Shown here one piece after another: positions 1 through 13,168 of a stretch of 64,000 nucleotides of DNA (positions within the stretch are counted from its first letter, which is position 1; each line of letters begins with the position of its first letter). A program made the position numbers and the translations under genes. A model generated the notes under the pieces. It was not told the DNA's origin and did no database searches. It saw only the letters and a list, made by a program, of their open reading frames with translations. The stretch comes from Eledone cirrhosa. Lineage: Eukaryota. The stretch is taken from the NCBI GenBank assembly GCA_964016885.1, contig OZ024747.1, positions 39,246,001 through 39,310,000 of the forward strand, given 5' to 3'.

Positions 1-163
1 ATTGTAAGTTGTGATGTTGCTATTCCATTAATGTTCACTATTTAATTTTGGTTGGAGTTCATTTATGTTTATTGCCTTTGTGATTTGTCTAAACATTGCG
101 TCTTTTCTGTGTGTAGATTCTATTTTTATTTCTATGTTCTCTAATGTGCCCTTATGTTCTATT

Positions 164-3100
164 TTAGCTTGTTGGTGGAGTATTGATGATTCTTTTTTTA
201 TCTTGAAGTTCTCGCCAGTGTTGATTTAACCGTTCTCCTATACTACGAGCTGTCTTACCTATGTACACTATATTCTTATCTTTACATTGTCCTTCAGTAC
301 ATCTTATGCTATATACTACATTTCTAGTTTTACATTTAATATGGGGGCTTAGTTTACAAATTATGCATTTCTTATATATACAAGGAGGTCTTTGAAAAGG
401 GTATGTATTGCTAATAAGTGTTTTTATGGAGGTACCTGGTCGTTCTACTATTTTAATATTAAGTTTATGTTTATCTAGGGCTCTTCTAAATTCATAAGCT
501 AATTCACCTCTAGGGGTTGTATTGATGAACATTACACTCTGGTATCTCTTGCTATCATACCATGAGTTTATTCTATTAACCTTATTCCTAGTTATTTCTA
601 TTTTATTCCAAAATTTGCTCCTATACAAGGGGCAGGTCCCATTTGTATCATTATTTACCATTTTTTCCCATTTGGTTCTGGCTCCTCTATTTACTCTGAT
701 TGTATCTCTCTGATTGTAACCAGAGAACTGCATACGGTGGATGAATGGTGTATGTGTCTCTCTAGTTCTTTGGGGTTGCACATGCGGGACACGTTTCTCA
801 TCACCCGTACCAAATCCGCAATTAGTATGTTGATTTTGGTGTGAACCGCAACAGCTGAGTTTGGGTGGATCAGATATTTGGAAGTCATGGGTTTGGCATA
901 TTGGGAATGGAGGATTTGTTTTTTCTTATTAATGGTTTCTAACCAGAGCTCTCTGTCTAGTACAGGTAATCGATGGTTGGGTAGTCTATAGTAACTCTAA
1001 TACTCTGGTGGATGGAATTAGCTATTTGCTGGATGATTTCCATGGTGTTTTTCTCTAATTCCTGACTGTTCTCTAGTGGTTGGTGTTTTTACTATAATGT
1101 TTATATCATCAACGTAGCGGGAGTACATTATGAGGGTTAAGAGGTTGCTGTCTTCTAATTGTTCTTTAAGTTTAAGTTTAAGTTTATTGTACCACCATAC
1201 CATGAATAGGTTAGCTATGTCACCTGCAATGCTAACACCAATGGCTGCTCGCTCCTCTTGGGCATATGTTTTTCCATTAAATTTGAACATATGTTCCTTA
1301 AGGGTTAATTTTATGGTGGACCCCACCGCATGTGCAATCATTTTCTTTAGTTCATCGTGGTTTTCGGGGGTCCGTATGGCTCTAGTCCACCCGTTCCATC
1401 TTTATGTATGGGTTTTCTTGGCCATTGAGGTAATGGTAGGTGGTCTGCTTCTTGCTGGTCTTGTAGGGCACAGGTTGCTAAGGTCATATGTATCTAGATA
1501 ACCATTACTATAGGTAAGTTTAAGTTGGAGTCCCAGCTCACTGGTATCAATCCCACGGAATTCAACATTGCTCTCACTGATCTTTCTACGCATTTCACCA
1601 CAGGAATATCCACGTCAATAGATGGATATAGGAAACAACATCCATACTACCTATTATACAGTTTGTTAGGTCCCTAGATCGGTTACTTTCGCTGATTCTG
1701 CTGAGAAGGTCCTCCGTGCTGTCACATATATCTGGGGACATTTCAATGATGGGTCGCATGATCAGGGAGAGGAAGTGGGACAGTCTGTAGTTACTAGCAA
1801 CGTTAGCTCCACAGACTGGCCGTGTTGGTGGTACTGTGACAGGGTCACTGCTCGTTTTATGGTCTTTTCGAAGCCCATACAACGCTGACACGTCATTGTT
1901 CCAGTCGTGGAAGTTGTTGGCAGTCCTTTTATGAGGCTGCATTATGTTTTTCCACATCATCATATGGGCATTGAGGGTTTTCCCCTTATCCTCATGCTCT
2001 TGTGGTGTTACTTCTCTTGTGTTAGTGATGTGGGGTTGCATTGCCTGGATGTAGTTTGACAGACTGTCAACCGACATTCTACCAGACCTGTCTGCTGCAA
2101 AGCATGCAATCTCTCCATTACGTGAGCGCTGCATGAGCTTATGCAATCCATTTGCAGATTTTATCTCCCAGTTGCTGGGCCTCCATTCTATGTTGCTTCT
2201 TGCTATACTGTTCTATAATATTTCTAAGTTTAGATCTAGCTATACTAAATTGTGCTTCTGTTATTCATCGACCTGCGACGACTATTGTGTGCGTTTGTTA
2301 AAAGCTAAAGTCGTGGCTCGAAGGACATATCGGAAGGATTATAAAAAGTAGAGTTCCAGTTGCTTTATGTGTACTATTTCTATTATTATTGTTAGTTGTG
2401 TTGTTTCTATTTCTATTTCACCATCAGCCTCATGGTTGTTTCTATGTCTCTCATTATTACTCCTGTCTCTTTCTTCTGGCTCATTGTTATTATCTACTCT
2501 ATTTTATGTGTCTGTGTGTTATTTCTGGTTATTTTCTCTGTCAGTATCGATAGGCTCCCTTCGCCTTTCAATCCCATTACCTTCCCTTACTTCTGTGTTA
2601 CTGTCATTATCTGTTTTCTGTGTTTGCGTGTTTGTTAAGATTGTGGTGGTGGTGAGAGGCATAGATGTGTCTGTGTTGTTGTTGTGGTTGATGTGTGCTG
2701 TTGTTGAAGTGTGTTGTTGTTGTTGTTGTCTCCGTGTATGTTATTATTGTTGTGTGTGTTGTTGTTATTGTTGTTTGTGTCTGTGTGTCTGTTGTTGTTG
2801 TTTCTGAGTATGTTATTATAGTTGATGTGTGTGTTGTTATTGTTATCGTTGTTTGTGTCTGTGTGTCTGTCTGTTGTTGTTGGGATGTGTGTTGTATGTA
2901 TGTGTGTGTGCGTATTTTGTTACTTTTGTTTTTGTTTTTGAGGCTCCAACGTAATTTTGTAAATGATTTTTCTATTTCTGATAAGCATTTTATCATATTT
3001 ACCTTATTATATGTGGCATATTTAGGTGGTATCTGTAATATCGATAATTCATCAGAGTCGACTGTAGTGTTGCCGTATATATTTGTGCTGTTGTTGTTGA

Positions 3101-3669
3101 AATCATCTGTTAATGAGATATCGGCCATGTTTATTCCATCAATCTTGTCTAGATATTTATCCCTATTCTCTGAAGTTTCTTGGTTTAATTTCATCTGTTT
3201 GAGCCACCTTAATTTCTTGTTAAATTGTTTGTCACATTCTTGAACAATGTACTTTTCTTCGAGACATATAAGGTTTATATATATTAATTTTTCTCTTGGT
3301 GTGGTGATCTTAGTTATTTCTTGTATTAGGTTACGCTTATGTTTTTCTTGATGACGAAATTCCCTGTAAATCTTCTTTTTTATGTTTAGAATTAGTGTTC
3401 GTTTTAGCCTATCTGCTTGCCTTTTGGTAAGTTTTAATCTTCTTACATCGGTGTTGATGGTGTTGTGTAAACTCGGGACGAGGCACATTGTTTTATGAAG
3501 TGTAGTTGTCGAGATGTTATTGTTTTTCGTAGACAACAGAACATGGTGGTTTTCAATATCTTGTTAGACGTGCTAAGGCTTACAATATTTCGTTTCTGTA
3601 TTTGTTTAGCAAGGTTCTTTATCTGAAAATGTGTGTTGAAACCGATATTGTTATGCTTTGGGAGGTCAT
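164..3669 (-). pseudogene. Frameshifted PLE ORF: N-terminal domain, low-complexity linker, RT, Cys-rich linker, GIY-YIG endonuclease
   Basis: ORF pieces carry LYGLRKDHK/RPVCGAN, GSMDVVS, AIGVSIAGDIANLFM, RYVDDI and CxxxxCxxC...NVVYSIRC...YIGKTARSIGERLNQH. ATG at 3669 is inferred from the in-frame paralog at 37461 ([12 protein letters not shown]). Confidence 0.88.
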
Positions 3670-3799
3670 GTTGCCAATAAGAAACACACGCACCAGTTGC
3701 TTTCACTCCAATTTATTATAAAATAAAATGATCAATTTAAGAACTTATAAATTTCCGGTTGGTTGGTTGGTTCTATAACCGGACGGTTGTTCATATATT

Positions 3800-3842
3800 G
3801 TCAAAGTTCTTTCGTCACACATGATGTGACCTCTTCAGTGAC
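3800..3842 (-). ncRNA. Minimal type I hammerhead ribozyme (family A)
   Basis: Minus strand: gtca CTGAAGA g gtcaca tcatg tgtgac GAAA gaac TT tgac. Stems I and II pair; stem III is minimal. Confidence 0.82.
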
Positions 3843-4186
3843 TGGGGATTCTTTTCTTTGTTTTTGTGCCTCTCCTTTGTTCTGTCCTACGCCATCTTGT
3901 TTTTGTGTGTGTTGCGTGCTTAGTTTGCGCATGTGTTACATCCGGATATCTGTGTGTGTTTATAATTGTTTATTTATTGGTTTCTTTACATGTTACTGGT
4001 TCGTTGTTTGTTCTATGTGTGTGTGTGTTTTCATTTTGTCCTTAATTGTAAGTTGTGATGTTGCTATTCCATTCATGATTTCTATTTAATTTTGGTTGGA
4101 GTTCATTTATGTTTATTGTCTCTGTGATTTGTCTAAAAATTGCGTCTTTTTGTGTGTAGATTCTATTTATATATATATATAAATAT

Positions 4187-4224
4187 ATGTGTGTGCGTGT
4201 GTGTGTGTGTGTGTGCGCGCGCGC

Positions 4225-4307
<83 letters not shown>
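4187..4307. repeat. (GT)n microsatellite
   Basis: Direct reading. Confidence 0.95.
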
Positions 4308-4312
<5 letters not shown>

Positions 4313-5601
4313 ATTTGTGACAGATAAATATTACCAAATTAACATCTATATTTGAATGTTTTATCTTACCTTCCTTCTACTATTCCTTTCTACACACACG
4401 TACAAAATGAACTGAGAGGCAATATATGAATATAATATTGTTTCATATTAAATAATGAAACGACAATATCGTAAATTCCCAAATTTTATTGTCCTAGATG
4501 TTTTGCTAAAGTAATGAGGTTATAGACATTTCATTTTTAATTTATTTTATAGTAGATAATTACTTCGTTTTTACATTAAAGTCTCTAAAGTTTCTTGAAC
4601 AATAGGAAAAATTAAAGAAATATTTAAATATAGAAATACATCAAGAAAAGGAAACATAATTTTAGACATTCAATTGTATAATTGCGAATATTAATTTAAT
4701 AGAAGAATGATTTAGATTCTAGATGACTTTTTATTGTTTCTATTTTATATTTTAGTATTTTGTAAGTTTTCATTGTGATTATTTTTTTTGGCTTTAAATT
4801 GTGTGCCAAATTCAATAAGTGTTGAATTTTAATATAGAATTCTCACGTTTGAACTGAAAATTAAATATAATTGTCACTGCTACCAATTTAACAGCTCGAT
4901 TTGCAGAAGTGGTAATTTTGCTATGTCTCTAAACGTGTCAGGCGGATTTGTTGTACGTGTGTGTCAGCTTCGTATTAATTAAGAGAAACGCATACAATTA
5001 TTAACTTCGATATAAAATATAGAACAGTTTTTGACGAGGAATGCTGAGATTGATAGTGAAAAGGGAAACAGGGAATACTGAAGGACATTTAAAATAAGCG
5101 TGTGTAAAGTTAACGGGAATAGATAGTATGTAACAACTTTGTATATGTACTTCTATGTGATTGTATCAGAGAAAACGACAAAGAAGTTTGAAGCTTGGTT
5201 GTGGAGGTATGATTGTGAAACTATGAAGAGAAAATAACGGCTGGATGACAATAAGAAATCGATGGTTTTATAGAAATAATCATTTGGGGATGGAGTGTTC
5301 TAAAATATGGTACAGTAAAGAAAAACAACTAGATAATAGGGTAAAAGAAGAAAAGATAAAATAAAATGGAGCTTGCATTCATTTTGATAGTCTTATGGAG
5401 AAGATATGATAAAAAGGGACATTAGAGAAACAATATTTTCGATTAGATACGCCACATTAGCACTACTCGCCATAGCTATAATGAATTAAAGTGAGAACAG
5501 TGCATGTAGTTACGCAAATATTCCCATAGGCACGCGCACACATGTATACCCACACACATGTACAAAGCGACACCACACTAAACACACACATATATATATA
5601 T

Positions 5602-6027
5602 AGTATAAAAGAGAAAACACGGGTAAGCATTAAGAGGAGGATTTTATCCAGGTATTTACGACCGTTTCATTGGTAAGTGCAACCTTATATTGCTATCTGC
5701 AAATAGCAGCCACTCACTTCTAATTGTTGTTCACAGTCCAAATTTTGAAAATAGTGAGTAAGTTACTCTTGAAATAATTCTTAATATATAGAGAAAAACA
5801 TTTATTTGGAATTGTATTTACAGGTATAGAGAGAGAGGAATCAGAAGGTGTGGGGATAAAACGGAATAGTATAGAGAGAGAAGGGGGAGAGTTAGGAAGT
5901 AGAGTGACAAACTGAGATAGAGTGAGGGGTAGAGGTGGAAGGATTCCTTGATCAGTTTTGATAGCAGACTTCATGTGGTGGAATGTAGTGAGTTAAAGAG
6001 AATTAAATTGCTCATAGTAGGATGGAT

Positions 6028-6069
<42 letters not shown>

Positions 6070-8640
6070 AGATATAAAGAGATAAATATCTATATAAAAA
6101 TAAAGATAAAGATAATAATGACAAAAATAAAAGCAAAGAAGGGGGAGAAAGAAGAAAAGAAAAGATAGCCAAGAAGGGGAGGGAACGAAGGAAGAAAACG
6201 AAGAAATAGAAGAGGAATGAAGGAGAATGGGGGATATAGGTATTGGTTTTTGTGGGTAATTAAAAGTGTTTAGATACAAAAAGAGGGTGTAAATCTAAGT
6301 ATATGCAGTTTGTCAGTTGGTAGTAAGAGGTTAAGGGTTCGATTTGCACTTGTAGTGCGAAAACTTCTCTTTGAGTCTATGGTTACAATAAATTGATTTT
6401 TCGATTTTATTGTTGAGTAACTTATTCTTCAAACTCAAGGTGTGGAACAGCTCAAGGTCGCATAATCGACAGCTTCTCATACCACTCCGATATGGGGGCG
6501 CGTTCAATAATATTTTCCACTTCAGAGTGTATTGATGGTTACTTTCCCTCAGTTGCCAGGTCTTTTTGCAAGGGTAGTTACATAACGATGCTGGGAATGT
6601 TTCATTGCATACCGGTGTGTATACCAACGTGCTTTAAATGTATTCCCAGCCGCTCCGATGTAATACCATTTCTGGTTGTCTGATTCCACTGTGCATTGGT
6701 AAACCAGGTTAGACTGCATACATTCATTATGTAATGGACAGGTTTCAGGTAGGTGGCAGTTACAATTCTTGTCATGGGCAACTTTGACGTTATTAGTGGG
6801 CTGCGATGCCTGAACAAGTGTGTTACATTTTGTTTGCCTATTAGCGGGTGGTTGTGTATTAGATATTCTGTTGTGTCCAATGGTGATTCTATTGTTATTG
6901 TTGTAAATGTGTGTGTTGGTGTTGTTATGTATCATTTTAGCGTTAAGCATCTTAATGTGTGCCTCTATATTTGGTGCCGTGGAGTAAGATAGTCTAATAG
7001 ATTTAGTGTTGAGAATTTTGCTGTACCTATGTGAATCTGGAAAGTGCTTATTTATTATCTAAAGAAGGTAGAGGGTAGGTTAGTACTAATAGAGGTGTTA
7101 AATATGGGGTTATGCCAAATGTATTTTCTACTGCGTGACTTGTTTGATTTCGATGTTGTATTTCTATTTACCGTATACTTTGTAGTTCTATGCGTAAGTG
7201 TGTGTGTGCGTGTGTTTCCGGTGTTTGTGTTATGCGTGTTCGTGTGCGCTTTATGGAGGCTTTCATATATATAGTCTACTCTATCTAAGTGGCCTGCCTC
7301 GTCTAATGCGGTATTGTAATATTCTGCATGTTCTTCGAAGATTTGTCGGTTAGATGAGAGGCGGGAGATCCTAAGGTATATGCTGCGTGGAATGGATTTA
7401 ATTATGGATAGTGGGTGGTTTGAGTTACAGTTGATGTATGCTAAATTTTCATTAATAGGAAAACAAAACGTAACACACTTGTACAGGCATCGCAGCCCAC
7501 CAATTATTGCCAAAGTTGCCCATGACAAGAATTGTAACTGCCACCTACCTGAAACCTGTCCATTACATAATGAATGTATGCAGTCTAACCTGGTTTACCA
7601 ATGCACAGTGGAATCAGACAACTAGAAATAGTATTACATCGGAGCGACTGGGAATACATTTAAAGCCCGTTGGTATACACACCGTTATGCAATGAAACAT
7701 TCCCAGCATCGTTATGTAACTACCCTTGCAAAAAGACCTGGCAACCGAGGGAAAGTAACCATCAATACACCCTGAAGTGGAAAAAATTATCGAACGCGCC
7801 CCCATATCGGAGTGCTATGCCAAACTGCATATACTTAGACTTTATACCCTCTTGTATCTAAACACTTTTAATTACCCACAAAAACCAATACCTATATCCC
7901 CCTTCTCCTTCATTGCTCTTCTATTTCTTCTATTTCTTCCTTCCTTCCCTCCCCTTCTTGGCTATCTTTTCTTTTCTTCTTTCTCCCCCCTTATTTGCTT
8001 TTATTTTTGTCATTATTATTTTTATCTTTATTTTTATATAGATATTTATCTCTTTATATCTCCTCCTCCCTCTCTCGCTCTCTATCCATCCCTCCCACTA
8101 TGATCAATTTAATTCTCTTTAACTCACTACATTCCACGACATGAAGTCTGCTATCAAAATTGATCAAGGAATCCTTCACGCTCTACCCCTCCCTCCATCT
8201 CAGTGTGTCACTCTACTTGCTAACTCTCCCCCTTCTTCTCTCTCTATACTATTCCGTTTGTCCCCTCACCTTCTGGTTCCTTTCTCTCTATGCTAGTAAA
8301 TACAATTCCAAATAAATGTTTTTCTCTATATATTAAGAATTATTTCAAGAGTAACTTACTCACTATTTTGAAAATTTGGATTGTGAACAACAATTATAAT
8401 TGAGTGGTTGCTATTTTCAGTATAGCAATATAAGGTTGCACTTACCAATGAAACGGTCGTAAATACCTGGATAAAATCTTTCTCTTAATGCTTACCTGTG
8501 TTTTCTCTTTTATACTCCAACATTGAACGGAATTCTTACAAACTTATGGAGTTACCCCTAACCGTACGTTGTAACCATCCATCAAACTGGCTTTCTTAAC
8601 CACGAACTGGATCACTAAAAGGAATTTTCTGTTTCCCCAA
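5602..8640. mobile_element. 5'-truncated Naiad-type PLE with inverted pLTR (minus arm ~7452-5602, plus arm ~7453-8640)
   Basis: SNHPLSIIKSIP, IWHNPIF, CNCHLPETCPLHNEC, YYIGAAGNTFKARWYTH and CRLCDLE...CNH motifs. 7453-8515 is the reverse complement of 5602-6842 with a deletion. Confidence 0.88.
6331..7452 (-). pseudogene. RT thumb and GIY-YIG endonuclease remnant (Naiad-type)
   Basis: ORF pieces 7055-7528, 6549-6950 and 6331-6627, separated by frameshifts. Confidence 0.85.
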
Positions 8641-8673
8641 CTATATATATATACATATATAGGAACGAGTAGG

Positions 8674-8769
8674 ACCCCGACGGCTGAGCTCAAGCCGTTT
8701 CGACTGCTAATTCTGGACTAAATGAACATTTTTATCCTGGTATATGAATAGCCGAGCTTCTCAGGGGGT
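8674..8769 (-). ncRNA. Type I hammerhead ribozyme (family C, core CTGAGAA)
   Basis: acccc CTGAGAA gctcggcta...tagcagtc GAAA cggct tgagctc agccg TC ggggt. Confidence 0.7.
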
Positions 8770-9420
8770 AATTCCATATATGGTAAAAGTGATTGTCACA
8801 AGGATTGGTCAAAAGTTTGTTGTTGAGACACATAATTCTATCATGGCAATTTGTGGAAGGAAGGGGTTGTTGAACCTGCCAGTAGAAGAAACTACCACGA
8901 AATAATAATTCAGAGTCCCGAAACTGAATTATTATTTCGTGGTAGTTTCTTTAGTATTTTGGCCCCCCACTTGTTGACCTATCACCGTAAGATATACTCG
9001 GTTGATTAGTACTAACTATTAAAATGGTCTCTATACAATTCCGTCCCACCTAGTAAACCTTTCTATAGTTTAGCAGTACCAGTGAGAGACTCGATGACTG
9101 TCGTTAGGGAATAGTAACCAGAAATTGTTTTTTTATATTTTTAACATTTTTGGTATTCTTCTATATATTTATTCCATATTGATTTACTTATTGTTTCGAC
9201 TTCCTCCCCCCCCTCCCTAGTATACTTTCTTGACCTCCTGCCCTGCTGTAGTTGGAACTATCAACGCACGACTGGGTTTCCTCCACTCCCTCTCCCTCTT
9301 TCTTCTACTGGCAGGTTCAGCTACTCCTTCCTTCCACAAATTGCCATGATAGAATTATGTGTCTCAACAACAAACGTTTGACCAATCCTTGTGACAATCA
9401 CTTTTACCATATATGGAATT

Positions 9421-9516
9421 ACCCCCTGAGAAGCTCGGCTATTCATATACCAGGATAAAAATTATCATTTAGTCCAGAATTAGCCGTCGAAAAGGCTTGA
9501 GCTCAGCCGTCGGGGT
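9421..9516 (+). ncRNA. Type I hammerhead ribozyme (family C, core CTGAGAA)
   Basis: acccc CTGAGAA gctcggcta...tagccgtc GAAA aggct tgagctc agccg TC ggggt. Confidence 0.72.
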
Positions 9517-9606
9517 CCTACTCGTTCCTATTACCCACTCTACTACCCTAAGTATTGAGTACTTTGGTGCGTTATGGTCCACCTGTTTCCTTATCACATT
9601 TCCTTC

Positions 9607-9655
<49 letters not shown>

Positions 9656-10809
9656 ATAGATATATATATATTCAATTGAAGAAAGTTGATTGATTAAAAA
9701 TCTGCCGACTTATTCTTTAACAGACGTGAAGCACTCCACAGTTTTTATTCATCTGGAGTTTATTACAATAAATAAGAGAGACGGTTTTATTTAACATCCC
9801 TATTTTATTCGTTATTCGTATTTCGAAGATGTAAGGTAATTATATAATAGCTTCCTTACGTGTTCGCTTCAAACAAATATTCAAAGAGAACAAAAAAAAA
9901 GGTGTATCAGCTGCATCATTCGAGCAAAAGGCATTATAGTGGTGAATAGTTTGAGACAGCGGCTGCAACAGACATCTACCTTACGGTAGCATGTCTGTTA
10001 CAGAAAAACTAACTGATACAAAATGTTAAAGAAGACGATACGATATAAAAGAATGTAGAAAATATTATTTGTAAAAAGGGAGAAGTGTATCTATGTGTGT
10101 ATTCGATTTAAAATTTATTTGCATGTATGTAGAAATAGTATAGAAAGTTATAAACATCTAATTTGAGGATTTATATATTTGAGTCGTTAAACTAAGGGAT
10201 ATAGGAATCAGGTTGCATACATTTCAACGTATATCGGTAAATGCATAATTGCAGAGTCACATACACACACTTGGACTTTTATAATACATGCAGATTTTGA
10301 GTACTCACCGGTGTTTCTCGCTCCTCTTTTCCAGTCCTGGGGATTATTTAACCGGCAATTTCAAGGTTGACCTTCTATAATTATGATAACCAACGCGAAA
10401 TTTCAAAAATGTATATGTATGTATTCACCCGCAACTCTCAAGAGAGACTTAGGAACACCAGATTGATATACGCCGTGTTTAGGGCCTTTCAGAACCTGGT
10501 GTAGCCCATTTCTGCTTCAGGTCTGAATACAGCAGATCTAGTCTAGAGAAGGATAGAGAGAGTGAAGGAATGGAAGTGAGAAAGGAGTATAGAGGACAAA
10601 TCTACCGCAGTTGGCTGGTACATTTTTATTGACCTTAAATGGATGAAATGCAAATTCCAGCGAGATTTAAACTTAGAGAGCAGAGAGTCGGAACAGATAC
10701 TGCAAAGCGGCTCAAGTTTAGCTCTTTTTACAAAACGTTCTTTTTCCATCATCCGCTTTTCTAAAAAAAAATCATACACAAAACGCCAGCACCAACGGTT
10801 TACAAACAG

Positions 10810-11134
<325 letters not shown>

Positions 11135-11229
11135 TTATGTGAGTGAGTGTGCGTGTGTGTATTATTATACGTCCGTACGAAACTAAGAAGAAGTGTGTGT
11201 GTGTGTGTGTGTGTATATGTGAGGAAAAG

Positions 11230-12566
11230 AGCTATGAGCAACAGTATGTTAATATAAGGGTGTGTATGTGTGTATACAGAGCAGTGAAAGAAAAAGAGGA
11301 GTGAGCATATATAGTCGGCATGTATTAATTGAAAGAGAATCTTTTAATTATCAAGAGAAAGTGATAGGAATCTAGGGGTGGGATAATGTACCGGGTATTA
11401 GAGAAATTGGGGAGGTGAGATGAGTCCAAGAGGGGAATAGGACCAAAGACTGTGACACATTTTGGCCAATCCTGGTAAACAGGCCTTTGATCAATTATGT
11501 AAAAGGACACTCAGGACTGAAATATCTAGGGAAGAATGACCAGGAGAACAGAAATGACGGGCGACAGGAGTATCCAAAGCGAGTCGTATATCCCTCAAAT
11601 GCTCGGCAAAACGGTCCGCCATACGGCGTCCCATTTGTCCGATATATAAAGACTCGCAAAGGTAACACCGGAGAGCATAGACAACGTAGGTGAATGTGCA
11701 GGTGAACGAGTGGCGTATACGGAAAGATTCGTTAGGGCCTGTAAGAGTGGTGATGGTGGAAATGAAGGGACAAGTGTTGCAGCGGGAACGGGAACAAGGA
11801 TGAGAGCCGGGCGGAGTCGTGGGAGAGGACGAAAAGGAACTGCGAACCAGGAGGTCATGGAGGTTGCGGGCGCGCTTAAAATCAATAATGGGTGGGTCGG
11901 GAATAAAGCGAGAAGTGACGGGGTCAGAAGAGTGGAAGCAGAAGGAAGCGAGGATATGTCACCGGAGTGGTAGGTTGATGGGATGGTAGGTAAGAGGGAA
12001 CGGATCACGGATGTTGGGAGCGCGGGGTGAGGTGAGAGGGATGTGATGCTGTGTTTCACGGGCGTGGGTGAGAGCAGCTTGGATCATGGTGGGGGGATAT
12101 CCACGCTGGATGAAGCAGGAAGCCATGCAAAGGAATAGGTTTCGAAATCGTCGTCCTGGCTACAAAGCCGACGAAGACGGAAGAATTGGGAATAGGGTAT
12201 GGAGCGTTTGGTGTGGGTTGGATGGGAGGAGGTGAAGTCGATGTAAGATTGGGAGTTTGTTGGTTTAATGAGGATGGAAGTAGAGAGGGTGTGGAGAGAG
12301 TGATTAATAGATAGAGAGATATCTAGAAAGGCGACAGAAGAATCGGAGACGGAGGCGGTGAAATTGCGAGCGTGGTGGAAAGATAGGACAAAAGAGAGAA
12401 AACAGTCGAGCTGTTCTCGTGATAGAGAGGTGGAGCCAATACAGTCGTCGATATAACGACCATATAGCTCAGGAGTAGGTCCAGCGTCCTGGGAGAAGAT
12501 CTGCGCTTCGACGTAGCCAACAAACAAGTAGGCATAGTTTGGACACATTCTGGTTCCCATCGCTAC
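11230..12566 (-). pseudogene. PLE fragment: RT C-terminal half plus GIY-YIG endonuclease (Neptune-like)
   Basis: VAMGTRMCPNYAYLF, RYIDDCIG, AFLDI and SSHPTHTKRSIPYSQFFRLRRLCS. A downstream frame reads CSRSRCNTC...VVYALRCYLCESLYIGQMGRRMADRFAEH. Confidence 0.88.
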
Positions 12567-13010
12567 AGTAAAAGTAACGTATGTGGTAAAAAGACTCAAA
12601 ATATATTTAAAAAATACATAGGTGTAAATGTAACAAAGTTGAAGGGAGAGCTAAAAGAGGAAGCAGTCAGCATCATAAGATACAGAATAGAGGAAAGTGT
12701 ATGAAAAATGTGTGTATGATATCGAACTCAGGCATAGCGTCTGTCAATGAAGACATGAATCAAATGGTGAATTAAATATTGGAACATTTAAACACAGTAC
12801 TAAAACACAATGAGTTATATGTTAGTCAGTGAGTGCTATATTTTTAACAGACTAAATCGAAGCCAACTCCTTGTTCAGAAAGTGTTCATATGAATATAAC
12901 ATCATAGACATTTTCGACACATTCTCTATTTAATGTAAATTCGATTCAATGAAGTAATGAAAACATTCATCCGATTATTTGCTTGAACTTTAATCTGTTC
13001 TTATACATGC

Positions 13011-13051
13011 ATACATACATGCATTCATACATACATACATACATACATACA

Positions 13052-13147
<96 letters not shown>

Positions 13148-13168
13148 TATATATAGTTATATATATAA
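13011..13168. repeat. Compound (TACA)n-(TA)n microsatellite
   Basis: Direct reading. Confidence 0.95.

Larger units (their letters stand above)
1..4170 (-). mobile_element. Penelope-like retroelement, family A (Neptune-like), near full length with direct (tandem) pLTR
   Basis: 1-126 is repeated directly at 4046-4168 (3' UTR copied upstream of the ORF). RT and GIY-YIG fragments lie between, and there is an HHR in the upstream pLTR. Confidence 0.9.
8660..9608. mobile_element. ORF-less inverted pair of family C pLTRs
   Basis: 8660-8890 is the reverse complement of ~9300-9530. The sequence is homologous to 53241-53960 and 55265-55868, and both ends adjoin (TA)n. Confidence 0.85.

Noticed and set aside
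2367-3243. Cys/Val-rich hydrophobic plus-strand ORFs
   Set aside because: Antisense shadow of the CAA/CA-rich PLE linker.
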